The notes: a model not told the origin generated them from the letters alone. A stretch of DNA of 63,362 nt, filler included, from Octopus bimaculoides (GCF_001194135.2; 7 parts of 7 records of this genome joined end to end with filler, not necessarily neighbours in it); one strand, 5' to 3'. Positions 41,312 through 54,201 are shown, numbered from the whole stretch's first letter. A program made the numbers and translations.

Positions 41312-43616
41312 NNNNNNNNNNNNNNNNNNNNNNNNNNNNNNNNNNNNNNNNNNNNTTAATTAATTAANNNNNNNNNNNNNNNNNNNNNNNNNNNNNNNNN
41401 NNNNNNNNNNNAAAAAATTCAAAGTCTTTGAATTTTTTCCAATAGTAATAATGTATATGACTTGAAATGTTTGTATTGCCTTAATGTTTGTTGTCCTCTT
41501 TAACAATTATATATCTGCTGCATCGGAAGTCAGTAATGGTGCCATCACTACCGTCTCGGCTATAACCTCGGAACCCTAGCAATCCGTTACAGCACTTACC
41601 TAGTGTAACTAATCGTTTAGATCACCTGTGAACTAAACACTTATACCTTGTGTGTGTGTGAATACACACACATACACACACACACACACACACATACACA
41701 CACACACACANNNNNNNNNNACACATATATCTACATATATATATATATACATATATATGCACACGCATACGCACACACATATATATATTCTTTTATTCTT
41801 TGACTTGTTTCAGTCAATTGATTGTGGCCATGCTAGACCGGAGAAATCGGCCCCTGGACTTATTCATATTGTAGTTGAATGCTCGAAATAAGGATTAGAT
41901 AGACAGCCGACAACTGATGAAGAGTCGTTCTCTGTGTTTACTTGTCCTATTTTCATTTTTTCTCTCGTTGTTTGCATATTTGCATGTTTGCATATTTAAC
42001 TCGTTTGTATTCGTATTTCATGTTGCTTATTTCTGAATCTTTCTAAAGATATATATATATATATATATATNNNNNNNNNNNNNNNNNNNNNNNNNNNNNN
42101 NNNNNNNNNNNNNNNNNNNNNNNNNNNNNNNNNNNNNNNNNNNNNNNNNNNNNNNNNNNNNNNNNNNNNNNNNNNNNNNNNNNNNNNNNNNNNNNNNNNN
42201 NNNNNNNNNNNNNNNNNNNNNNNNNNNNNNNNNNNNNNNNNNNNNNNNNNNNNNNNNNNNNNNNNNNNNNNNNNNNNNNNNNNNNNNNNNNNNNNNNNNN
42301 NNNNNNNNNNNNNNNNNNNNNNNNNNNNNNNNNNNNNNNNNNNNNNNNNNNNNNNNNNNNNNNNNNNNNNNNNNNNNNNNNNNNNNNNNNNNNNNNNNNN
42401 NNNNNNNNNNNNNNNNNNNNNNNNNNNNNNNNNNNNNNNNNNNNNNNNNNNNNNNNNNNNNNNNNNNNNNNNNNNNNNNNNNNNNNNNNNNNNNNNNNNN
42501 NNNNNNNNNNNNNNNNNNNNNNNNNNNNNNNNNNNNNNNNNNNNNNNNNNNNNNNNNNNNNNNNNNNNNNNNNNNNNNNNNNNNNNNNNNNNNNNNNNNN
42601 NNNNNNNNNNNNNNNNNNNNNNNNNNNNNNNNNNNNNNNNNNNNNNNNNNNNNNNNNNNNNNNNNNNNNNNNNNNNNNNNNNNNNNNNNNNNNNNNNNNN
42701 NNNNNNNNNNNNNNNNNNNNNNNNNNNNNNNNNNNNNNNNNNNNNNNNNNNNNNNNNNNNNNNNGATGAGCAAATGAATAGAAAAAAAGACAAATAGAAA
42801 ATAGAAAAATAATCGGTGGGCTGATCTTTTTGTAGGGATACGAGAATGTATAAATAATAAGAAAATAAAGCAAGTACTTTAGTATAACTGGATTCGGCAA
42901 CACACTGGTACCCCTAAAGAAAGATTAACCTACTAATTATTTTTCTAGTTTATTTATTTGCTCATCGAGGCCCTCTGCTTTCGTCTTCCCTCTTCTCTTC
43001 TTTTATTTTATGTATTTGTCTTCACTCTCATGAAGCTCTATGTACCAGATCGGATATGCTATAAAATATGAGCAATATTATTCTCATAATTTTCTTTGGC
43101 ATCACCGACTGACATAGATAGCAGAATCGGCTGTTAGCAATGTTAATGTTTTGTATTAAAAAGAATAATAACCAATGGTAGTCAATTTTCTGCTTTATTT
43201 AAATTTGATTCCTGATACACTCTTGCTTATTTTGTTATTGCCTGTTTCCTATGAGCATAGTATGCTTGCATATCCATACCCAGGGTTAACATAGGTAATT
43301 TATACCGGTAGTAATATCCCTTAGATGATTAGTCCAACTGCTAACTCTACTTACCTATACATATATATGTGTGTGCGCGCGCGTGTGTGTGTGCGTGTAT
43401 ATATGGATAGATAAACAGATATATAATCCAAGAAAGTTAGGGGTTGTGAATCCAACCCACTAAGGGATAATATGTATCCAATATACTGCCGGAAGGATAC
43501 CCAATTATTACTACACTAGTGATTGTCCTCTTTGTCGAAAAATAAACAGGTAAATTGACATAATACAATGTCTGCAAGGTGATGAGTACCACATATTCCC
43601 CTCCATTTTCTTATTG

Positions 43617-43663
<47 letters not shown>

Positions 43664-43709
43664 CGTATATATGTGTGTGTATACATATATGTATAGAATA
43701 CATAAACAG

Positions 43710-43740
<31 letters not shown>

Positions 43741-44753
43741 CAAATTTATTTATATATANNNNNNNNNNNNNNNNNNNNNNNNNNNNNNNNNNNNNNNNNN
43801 NNNNNNNNNNNNNNNNNNNNNNNNNNNNNNNNNNNNNNNNNNNNNNNNNNNNNNNNNNNNNNNNNNNNNNNNNNNNNNNNNNNNNNNNNNNNNNNNNNNN
43901 NNNNNNNNNNNNNNNNNNNNNNNNNNNNNNNNNNNNNNNNNNNNNNNNNNNNNNNNNNNNNNNNNNNNNNNNNNNNNNNNNNNNNNNNNNNNNNNNNNNN
44001 NNNNNNNNNNNNNNNNNNNNNNNNNNNNNNNNNNNNNNNNNNNNNNNNNNNNNNNNNNNNNNNNNNNNNNNNNNNNNNNNNNNNNNNNNNNNNNNNNNNN
44101 NNNNNNNNNNNNNNNNNNNNNNNNNNNNNNNNNNNNNNNNNNNNNNNNNNNNNNNNNNNNNNNNNNNNNNNNNNNNNNNNNNNNNNNNNNNNNNNNNNNN
44201 NNNNNNNNNNNNNNNNNNNNNNNNNNNNNNNNNNNNNNNNNNNNNNNNNNNNNNNNNNNNNNNNNNNNNNNNNNNNNNNNNNNNNNNNNNNNNNNNNNNN
44301 NNNNNNNNNNNNNNNNNNNNNNNNNNNNNNNNNNNNNNNNNNNNNNNNNNNNNNNNNNNNNNNNNNNNNNNNNNNNNNNNNNNNNNNNNNNNNNNNNNNN
44401 NNNNNNNNNNNNNNNNNNNNNNNNNNNNNNNNNNNNNNNNNNNNNNNNNNNNNNNNNNNNNNNNNNNNNNNNNNNNNNNNNNNNNNNNNNNNNNNNNNNN
44501 NNNNNNNNNNNNNNNNNNNNNNNNNNNNNNNNNNNNNNNNNNNNNNNNNNNNNNNNNNNNNNNNNNNNNNNNNNNNNNNNNNNNNNNNNNNNNNNNNNNN
44601 NNNNNNNNNNNNNNNNNNNNNNNNNNNNNNNNNNNNNNNNNNNNNNNNNNNNNNNNNNNNNNNNNNNNNNNNNNNNNNNNNNNNNNNNNNNNNNNNNNNN
44701 NNNNNNNNNNNNNNNNNNNNNNNNNNNNNNNNNNNNNNTATATATATATATAT

Positions 44754-44810
<57 letters not shown>

Positions 44811-46169
44811 CACAAAGACAGACACAAAGACAGACACAAAGACAGACACAAAGACAGATACATACATACATATAAGTGAGCGTATTTCAATAAAACATTA
44901 AGTTATCCACGGTTCTAAAAAGATTGAATGCATATAAAAAACGGACAGTAAAATAAACATTCAATATGACATGTTTCGCTACTTGAAGGCAGTTCATCAA
45001 CTTTGATGATGAAGGACCTGCAAGCTGTGAAAGGTGTCATAACAAGTCAGATATCGTCTTAAATGACATATATGTATATACTATATGTAATATATATGTG
45101 TACGAGAGAAAGTGGAGGGAAAGAGATTTGTACGCGCACACGCACGTGTTCAAATAGGCCTTGAGCTTTAGGAGTTAAGTTATATACTGAAAAATAATTA
45201 TGCAAAAACTGGTTAAGGTAAATGTTGCTCTTACATAATATTGGATTTCTGATAAGGCACAACATCAGCAATCCTAAGGGGGAGAGATGAATTGATACCA
45301 TCGATCCCAGTACTTGGCTGGTACTTTATTTTCTCACCCTCAGGGCTGAAAGTCATATGTAAGGTCGGTGATTTCAACTCAGAATGTAAAAAAGAACAAA
45401 CGTCCAAAAACATTTTTTTTTGTTTTTGTTTTTTTTTGCACACTCTAACGAGAGTAACATGCTTGTGGAGTTCACAAAGTTAGTGTATCGTGAAAAGCTG
45501 GGGTAAAAACAGTGAGAGATCTTTAGATAGGATTCACACACACACACACTCACGCCCGAAACCAAAGGCGAAGACTTAAGTTAAAGTTTACTTTTCGTTA
45601 AATTTCTGCTAGAATACAACTAACCTATGACTAACAAAAATATATGACAATATGAAATAGCACATAAGATAATGTAGTCTTCAATCTATGTATGAACATG
45701 ACTGGGTTATGTTAGCTGAAATATGTTAGATCATAAGTTTTATACAAAGAAGTTTTGAAGTGTTGTAAGGGCATTCACTACTTCATTTCATTAAGAGAAA
45801 GAAAGTGTTGCAAGTTCGATACCCGAATACCTATGTCTATGGTATAATTAAGTTGAGATGAATGTACGCCTGTCTAACTTCAGAGAGATCTCAGTGCTAG
45901 AGTGTGACATGGTCTACCTTCATACCTTCTCCCAGTAACTACGAGATATGACCATCGGTGGAATTTTTATTCCTTGGTGAAAATGGAACGCCGATCACAA
46001 AGAACCAGAATCGAAGTGTGAAGCATCGAGTCAGGTGTGTGCATGAATGTGTATGTTTAGGGGATATGTTTAGAAACGTAAATAAGCATATATATATGTG
46101 TATATGTGTTTGTTTTTTTTACACGCATGTGAGTATGTATTAAATAGCAAACGCGAATTACGATTAAAG

Positions 46170-46720
46170 GAATTCGTCTAACTGTTTCTGAAGGTATGGC
46201 AAAGACCTGAATCCTGCTACCATGCATACGGCCTTCCAGCAGCAATCCTCTCCAGGGTTTGATCAAAACAGGGTTTGATCAAAGTTTCCAGCAGCTTCAC
46301 ATAACTGTTTGAATTAAGCCTAAGGTCCTATTCAAAGATGAGGAGCAGCATAACGTCAATGAACATCACAGTTTAGAGAAACTTGCTTTTCATGATACGT
46401 GGGGTGTCACATAGATTGTAGGTAATTTAGTTGGTGTTTTAGGTGTTGTGCAACTGGTCCTGACAGAAGTTCTTTTCGTCTCAGAAGAATCAGATCATCG
46501 TCGGTTTAACAGGATGTCTCAGCTTGTTCAGGAGATTCTTTGCCATCATCAAGCAATTCTCCTTGACCTTGACTGTCAGAATTTGTCCTTTGCGCCTCTT
46601 GTAGGAATGGTAGCGAACGCTCTCATTCAATGCCAGTTTCATGGTGGCTACTCCAACACCCGTCATACAGCCTTTACAGTATTCAGAGAGCATTGAGCAG
46701 CAATCATGATGCGGCATTTT
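46170..46720 (-). mobile_element. Tc1/mariner-superfamily (maT-like) transposase relic
   Basis: Minus-strand VRYHSYKRRKGQIL..KNLLNKLRHP..FF*DEKNFCQDQ..LRLNS..AAGRPYAW*QDSGLCHT corresponds to the FSDEK and QQDSAPCH catalytic motifs; stops and frameshifts. Confidence 0.8.
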
Positions 46721-47113
46721 GATACTCAGCGCGAATCATTATGATAGAAAAAACTCTTTTATAATATTCATATGGCTTCCAGTACTCTATATTAGTAAAT
46801 TTTTTTCTTAACTGCCACTTTAATATTTATGCTGTCCAAAGTCGTTGACTGTTAACCATAACAAAAAGTTGTTCCTGAAAAAGATGAGACGTAAAAAGCG
46901 TCAAACTTTAGCCTGAACAGTATGCATGTATATATCATTGTCTTATAATTTCATAGATCTCCAGAGTTAATCAGTTTTCATTGTTAAACTTACTATATGT
47001 AAACTGTTCTATATGTATTTACGTTTGTGTAAATCATACTTATTTTTCACACATGTATACATTCACGTATATGCATTTCTATATGCAAATAACAATATAT
47101 ATGTGTGTGCATG

Positions 47114-47176
<63 letters not shown>

Positions 47177-47683
47177 GCGCATGTGTGTGTTTGTGTGAGT
47201 ATGTATATATATATATACACATACAAACATGTAAATCTATGTGTGCATAAATATATATAAATGTATGTATATATACATTATAGATATATATTATATACAC
47301 ATATAAATAACATACATACATACACACACACATACATACATACATACATACATACATACATACATACATACATACATACATACACAGGCACATACCTACA
47401 TACATAGACACATTCACAGAACAATATGCGTCAATACATATATGCCATCTCTTCACGCATGAAATAAAGTTTAAAAAACGGATTAGCTGCAGATATCTAG
47501 GAAATATGAGACAAATGCTACCTCGAAAAGTATTAAAATTTTGAAATCAGCAACCAAGGGAAATAACTCATTTATTTAAATGAAAAGTGATTTCGATAAA
47601 GGAGTGGATCACTAAACAAATCCATGGCTGCAACAGACAGGTTTTGACTCCATCAGATGTCTTGCAAGAGGTATGGTAATGGA

Positions 47684-47743
<60 letters not shown>

Positions 47744-47843
47744 NNNNNNNNNNNNNNNNNNNNNNNNNNNNNNNNNNNNNNNNNNNNTTAATTAATTAAN
47801 NNNNNNNNNNNNNNNNNNNNNNNNNNNNNNNNNNNNNNNNNNN

Positions 47844-48502
47844 CCATTAGTGGCACAATTCCCACCAACGGAGCTTCGGGACACGCCGGCGGTACACTAC
47901 CGGGCTCCGGCCGTGTTCCGTTCTTCTTTTTCTTCTTTTTTTTGGGGAGCACTGGAATAGGACGCACTTCTACCTTGGCAGAAGGTCCTCCTCCTCCCCC
48001 ACAACTTTTGGTGAGCAACCATTGTTGCTCACCTTTCTTTTCTTCCCTTTCTTTGAGGAGGTTTCCACCTCCTCTCCCTCCACTGGGAGAGCGGAGTGAA
48101 TAACATTTATTAACTATTCCAGGACCTTACTCTGGTCCTGGGGGCAGTCTTTCTTAATGTGACCAGGCTCCAGACACAGGTGACACTTGGGTGGACGTCC
48201 TTCAAGAATTACAGGATATCTGTGCCCAGCCATCATAAAAAAATCTGGAAATACCAGATCTTTGGCTGATTGGGTCCACATGGTCAAAACAGCTTTTGAC
48301 CCAACCCAATCAGCCGATGGAAGTATTTTCACATTAAGGAGCTTGGCTCCGCTGCCACCCGGCCCCTGGTGGATTGTGTCCTCAATCCACTCAGGCTCAA
48401 TACTGAGTGGCAGCCCACACACCCAAGCTCTTCCCACAGTATGTGGGAAGAGACAGAATTTTTTCCCCTTCTAAGGGCTGGCTCGCAAACTTGCGAGCCA
48501 CC
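47844..48502 (-). mobile_element. Non-LTR retrotransposon ORF1 fragment (L1/Tx1-type) with CCHC zinc knuckle
   Basis: VILEGRPPKCHLCLEPGHIKKDC (CX2CX4HX4C) in ORF 48114-48437; both sides bounded by gaps. Confidence 0.65.
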
Positions 48503-48602
48503 NNNNNNNNNNNNNNNNNNNNNNNNNNNNNNNNNNNNNNNNNNNNNNNNNNNNNNNNNNNNNNNNNNNNNNNNNNNNNNNNNNNNNNNNNNNNNNNNNN
48601 NN

Positions 48603-49250
48603 TCTTTCATCGTCGTTCAAACGTCTGAATTTCAAAATAGCCAGTAGTATTACAGAACAGTGAGCGAACGGTAATACAAGAAATTTTCGACAAAAGATTA
48701 AACACGTGTAAAGTGTTTGAAGAATGAATTTCTTTGTAATGTAAAGAAAACGTATTTTTATATAAATTGAACGTGTGACATATTGCTTCCGTTCAACAAA
48801 TGTATTCTTTGCAGGATGTATAGCAAAGTGGTAGTTAAACACATTAGTAGCTGCAAAAGAAAACAGGAACTAATATGTAAAATAAACACACAGACAGACA
48901 CAACTGCATGCTTGCTTACATACTGACATTTGACAAGAAACAATTTCATACTAGTATGTAAGGTGGCTATTCCGTTTAATATCCTGGCTTACACACCGAA
49001 CAATATATAATAATAATTACATAATTACCTACACTTATGAATTTGTCGTATTTGTTACGTAAATAAACATTATTTGAAATATAAAAATCATGCTGAAAAA
49101 TCCGAAGAAATCGCGATTATATATAGCTGAAATGAGTTTTCGCATGTATGATGCAGCAAATTCATATTGTCTACACATGTGATTAGAAGGAAGATGTGTA
49201 AATCGTGAAAAGTGCAACAAAGTACAATAAAAACTGCATATATATATATA
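48603..49250 (+). repeat. Direct repeat copy 1 (about 0.64 kb) upstream of the microexon array
   Basis: Colinear, roughly 90% identical by eye, with 52477-53110; starts tctttcatcgtcgtt and ends in the same ctgca(ta)n; 5' side bounded by an N gap. Confidence 0.9.
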
Positions 49251-49270
49251 TATGTGTGTGTGTTTGTGTT

Positions 49271-49301
<31 letters not shown>

Positions 49302-49308
49302 ACATGTG

Positions 49309-49381
<73 letters not shown>

Positions 49382-49548
49382 ATTCATACATGTATATATT
49401 ACTGAAAATACGAGTGCTGTTGAGAAAATTTGAGATCTACAAGACGTAGTTAGCTACTATGATTCCCTATGTAATCGCCACATAACTATGCATTCTGCTT
49501 TAAAGCATCTTTCCAAATATTTAATTACATATTTCATTAATTTCACAG

Positions 49549-49578
49549 AAGTTATAACGGAGAAAGTAACACGCACAG
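49549..49578 (+). CDS. 30-nt coding microexon 1 (class X), phase 1-1, (E)VITEKVTRT
   Basis: ttaatttcacag|AAGTTATAACGGAGAAAGTAACACGCACAG|gtaagc; similar to exon 5 at 51302; phase 1 is the only frame open across all six exons. Confidence 0.8.
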
Positions 49579-49910
49579 GTAAGCTGCCGAAGAATCTTTT
49601 CTCATGATGTGTACCAATAAGCTAGATATGTAACATATATTTCGACGTTAATTCTTTAGTAAAATGAAAGCAAAATTCCTCCAACTAATCAATTAGTATT
49701 TCTTTCATGTAAGCAATTTCGATTCTGTTAAAGTATGACGATAGGTTTGTAAAGTGTTTCCTTGAATTGTGGTAACTGGATTGGACTCGTAAATTTATCA
49801 TTTGAAAACCACTCATTCTATATGACTTCAATATATTTAATAGTTGTCTGTCATAATAAATAGTGTGATGTAAGTGTTGAGGGTTTATATTTACGTTTGC
49901 CTTTCTCTAG

Positions 49911-49940
49911 AAACTCGTTCTGAAGTGGAGTCTACAGTTG
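49911..49940 (+). CDS. 30-nt coding microexon 2 (class S), phase 1-1, (E)TRSEVESTV
   Basis: tttgcctttctctag|AAACTCGTTCTGAAGTGGAGTCTACAGTTG|gtgagt; paralogous to exons 4 and 6. Confidence 0.85.
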
Positions 49941-50490
49941 GTGAGTGAGAGATTATTTTCGTGATTTCCTGCTTATGCTTGTCGCTGAGTTACCTTAGAG
50001 AAGTCTTCGTAAATATTGTTGAAAGAGAATAAATATTCATTAAGAAATAAGATAATTAGTAATGGACGAAGGATAGCATCTTAAAGATTGAGATGCTGTG
50101 ATACTTTATTTGCATTTCAATATAATAGCTTGTAAACCGAGTCGCTTCCTACATCTGAAACGTATTGTGTAATTTTATCATGTTAAAATTGAAGTGCCTA
50201 TGATTATTTGCAGAGAAACTTTATTTGATAGAAAGTAACTCGTCTGAAAATATATTCACATCGCACTAACGTGTAAATTAATAATCGCAATAAATATTTC
50301 GATATATATTCTCTGCGCTACATATATATACTATGAAAAAGTATTGAAAGAATAAAGCGAATCATGCAGTGCGAAATCGCTGGGTGAAATGCTTTGCAAT
50401 TGCAAAACAAGATTGATATATTGGTAGAGATTAGTGATGTATTCTTCAGCTCTCAGCATGAAATTCACATTTCATTTAATTATTTCACAG

Positions 50491-50520
50491 ATGTTGTGCA
50501 ACAGGACGAGCGTCCTAAAG
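50491..50520 (+). CDS. 30-nt coding microexon 3 (divergent class X), phase 1-1, (D)VVQQDERPK
   Basis: ttaattatttcacag|ATGTTGTGCAACAGGACGAGCGTCCTAAAG|gtgaga; same length, phase and atttcacag acceptor as exons 1 and 5. Confidence 0.75.
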
Positions 50521-50916
50521 GTGAGAGAACTTCAGTTTACGAACTTATCTCGATAGATCTAGCTTTCTATTTAACTACCTCACTATAACTTGTTTGGAAA
50601 TGCGTAATGTATTAAACGAAATGAATCGTGTATTGTTGATATATGCTTGTAATATATCAAATTTGACGTCGCTTTTACCAAAAGTTACTGTTTACTGTCT
50701 CCCTCCTATATAATCGAAGTGAACCTATATTGTCGCATTGAATTTAAGATAATATATTGTTCTGCATTTTATTGCAATACTTTATGAAATATAACTTTAA
50801 AATAGGTATGTGTATTTTTGTGAATGAATGTTTGGTTATCTACCTAACTATGTCTACGTATATTATATCTGTATGAGGTGAAATGCTGATTATATTGTCT
50901 TTCATTCCCTATTCAG

Positions 50917-50946
50917 AACAACCATCTGAGGCTGAAGCCACAGTTG
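50917..50946 (+). CDS. 30-nt coding microexon 4 (class S), phase 1-1, (E)QPSEAEATV
   Basis: ctttcattccctattcag|AACAACCATCTGAGGCTGAAGCCACAGTTG|gtaagt. Confidence 0.85.
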
Positions 50947-51301
50947 GTAAGTGTCTCCGAATTTGCTACCGTTTTAATGTAACAAATCCCTATGATTAAT
51001 AGTTATAGTACATCATTATTAATTTTGAATTTACTATATATAGTGGGAGGTGTGCTAGAAAAATAATCGCTCAGTTAATAACTTATTGTGGCGGATTTCT
51101 TTTATATAGAAATTACCGAATTTCTACATAACATTTTCATGTTAAATTATATTATTTACAAATTTATCAGAAATATTTATCTACGCGTTTTCGTGCGTCA
51201 CCTCCTTGCTAATATTTAATTGTATCAAACGTCATTAAAAATCTTGACTGTTGCGAAATGGCCGATGACATAGTTAACGATTTACGTTTTGAATTTCACA
51301 G

Positions 51302-51331
51302 AAATTATCAGAGAAACCGAAACTCGCATAG
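51302..51331 (+). CDS. 30-nt coding microexon 5 (class X), phase 1-1, (E)IIRETETRI
   Basis: ttttgaatttcacag|AAATTATCAGAGAAACCGAAACTCGCATAG|gtaaga. Confidence 0.8.
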   Translation, partial: KLSEKPKLA

Positions 51332-51692
51332 GTAAGAAGATTTGATATTATGGCATAGAGTTAGTTAAAATTCAATATATACTGTCCGTATATTTTCCTG
51401 TATAAATGTTTTCTCTTAAATTCGCGAATTAATTTTGAATTTGCTTAGTGAACGTCGGAGTTTTATCAAATAATCATAAATCTTTATTGAATACATAATG
51501 ATGCTCCATTCAACTACAGACCGAATATGTAACGTTAACGTATGAGTGTATCAGTGTAATAAAAGCATTTTACAGAGATCATATGTGGTCTGTTACTTAA
51601 GAAGACATATGAACGAACATTTACACAGTATATATTTTCCTATCGAATAATTTAGCAACATTCTTATTGTACTTTATTTTGATTTCGTTCAG

Positions 51693-51722
51693 AAAAACCA
51701 TCTGAAGTTGAATCTACCGTTG
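51693..51722 (+). CDS. 30-nt coding microexon 6 (class S), phase 1-1, (E)KPSEVESTV
   Basis: ttttgatttcgttcag|AAAAACCATCTGAAGTTGAATCTACCGTTG|gtgagt. Confidence 0.85.
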
Positions 51723-52476
51723 GTGAGTTTAATATGTAATAATTTCATTCGCTTTCAATGTTTAGGCTTACTGTCACTTGTCAGGTATATCAGAAATTGC
51801 TAGCTAAAGAAAGTCACGCAAAAATATATTTCATTACACCTAACATTGTCTACTCACAGACATACATTGATACGATCACACTGCTTGCTTTTACGAAGGA
51901 AATCAAATAGAGGCATCGATTCCTGGTCCGGATTTACATGAACAATTTCCATATGCTACACTGCAGAAGTGGCGAGATATCGAGCGATATATGCTATATT
52001 AAGAAGGGAAACAATATAATACGCAACCCCATTTCGAATTCTTTGCATATCGCACCATATCGTCTTGAATGTGGATGTATATTAAACTATTACTGCCCAA
52101 TTTCTTTTGTTTAATTTATTACCAACATTTCTTATTTATACGACTTTATCTCATTCTAAATATATAAAAAATATCTTTATTACAATCTTTTGAATGACAC
52201 TCCAATCTAGATGACGAACTAAAGATATCTAAAAGGAATACAAGTTTTGCAGAAATATGTTAGATTATCATTCTGGTCGTTAAAAAAGGACCATGGGCAC
52301 TAATGGTCTAAGATTGTTGAAAATGCAGAACACTCAGAAATATATCCATGTTTTTTCCACATTGCATTGCGCTTTCTCCACACACGTGTTTGCTTTGCGA
52401 ATTTCAAACGTGCTACTTAGCAGTTGTTGGTGTCAAATGTTTCGTCGCTTCGTTGTGACAGTCGATTTGTTCCATT

Positions 52477-53110
52477 TCTTTCATCGTCGTTTAAACGTCT
52501 GAAGTTCAAAATAGCCGGTAGTAATAGAGAACAGTGAGCAAACGGAAATACAAGAAATTTTCGACAATAGATTAGACTCGTGAAAAGTGTTTGAAGAATG
52601 AACTTGTTTGTAATGTAAAGAAAACGTATTTTTATATAAATTGAATGTGTGACATATTGCTTCCGTTCAACACATGTATTCTTTGCAGTATGTATAGCAA
52701 AGTGGTAGTTAAACACATTAGTAGCTGCAAAAGAAAACGGAAACTAATATGTACAATAAACACAAAGACAGACACAGCTGCATGCTGGCTTACATACTGA
52801 CATTTGACAAGAAACAATTTCATACTAGTATGTAAGGTGGCTATTCCGTTTAACATCCTGACTTACACACCGAACAATATATATTAGTAATTACATAATT
52901 ACCTAAACTTATGAATTTGTCGTCTTTGTTACGTAAATAAACATTATTTGAAATATAAAAATCATGCGGAAAAGTCCGAGGAGATCGCGATTATATATAG
53001 CTGAAATGATGTTTCGTATGGATGATGCAGCAAACTCATATTGTCTACACATGTGATTAGAAGGAAGATGTGTAAATCGTAAAAAGTGCAACAAAGTACA
53101 AAATAATCTG
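52477..53110 (+). repeat. Direct repeat copy 2, 3874 bp downstream of copy 1
   Basis: Matches 48603-49250 and runs through (TA)n into the 100-N linker gap at 53131-53230. Confidence 0.9.
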
Positions 53111-53130
53111 CATATATATATATATATATA

Positions 53131-53230
53131 NNNNNNNNNNNNNNNNNNNNNNNNNNNNNNNNNNNNNNNNNNNNTTAATTAATTAANNNNNNNNNNNNNN
53201 NNNNNNNNNNNNNNNNNNNNNNNNNNNNNN
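53131..53230. other. Assembly gap containing an artificial TTAATTAATTAA linker (also at 18142, 41356, 47788, 61041, 62205)
   Basis: Identical 12-mer, with stops in all six frames, centred in about 100 N; a scaffolding artefact marking joins of unknown size. Confidence 0.9.
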
Positions 53231-54138
53231 ATATATGAAAATAAAAACTAATAATAATAATAAAGCAGAATGCTAAACTGATAGCATATTTTAATATAGA
53301 TGTGTATAAGGAAGATTTAAAAGGATTTCTAGCCGGCTTTCACTGCATGGCAAATTTTCAAGAAGAGGGAAAATGAAAATAATGTTTTTTACAAAAAAAG
53401 AAAATATATATTAAAAAAATAAATGTACCAATATATTATATTGCCTTTGAGCTTTTAAAGTTCAATGCGAGAGAAAAGCCGAAGAAATTTTTCCTGATAT
53501 TGTTTGAAGTTGATTCGCTTTTTCTCTCCTTTGATTTCTTTGAGGATAATGCCACAAAGTGACGGACATGTGTTTGGAAAGTAATCGTGTTGCACTATGT
53601 CTATGTGTTATAATCCCGAGTTGTGCAGGTGGCGCAAGGGAGGGTGTCCTGACCTTGCACAAATTCTAAATTTCATTTTAAGGTCATCTGAGGAACGCTC
53701 GTGGTTTATTCTCCCTATTATGCAAATGATTTAATGTTGACGGTTGAAAGTTTTGTTCGGGGAAATTAAGTTTCAATACATTCAAAAGTCGAGATCTGTC
53801 ATGATTCTTATTCCTTAGAGATTGTTGTCTGGTGTACTTCAGTTCTGGCAATATGTAGCTTGGTGTGTGAAGACAACAAGTGACATCAGCATTCTAGACA
53901 AATAGATAGTAAATACATACATATGCATATATATATATATATAACGAAAGCAGAAAATGGAGAAATATCGATGAACAACAATTCACTTACATCAGTTATT
54001 ATTATTATTATTGTTTATTCAATACAAATACACTGCATATGGTTAAGCATATGTAATATACCAGTAGTGTAGTGGATACTTTAACCCCTTAGTCGGTCAT
54101 TTTAACCTCTAACTCAGCTAGCCTATCTATCTATCTAT

Positions 54139-54201
<63 letters not shown>

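Noticed and set aside
44968-45000. Minus-strand TTGATGA-hairpin-GAAACATGTC hammerhead-like relic
   Set aside because: C3 is mutated, the first stem II pair is mismatched and there is no stem I; non-functional at best.
50214-50246. Possible seventh array exon (cag|AGAAACTTTATTTGATAGAAA|gtaact, 21 nt) with a gaaagtaactcg stretch resembling exon 1
   Set aside because: Wrong length, does not end in G, weak donor and breaks the X/S alternation; at most a decayed relic.
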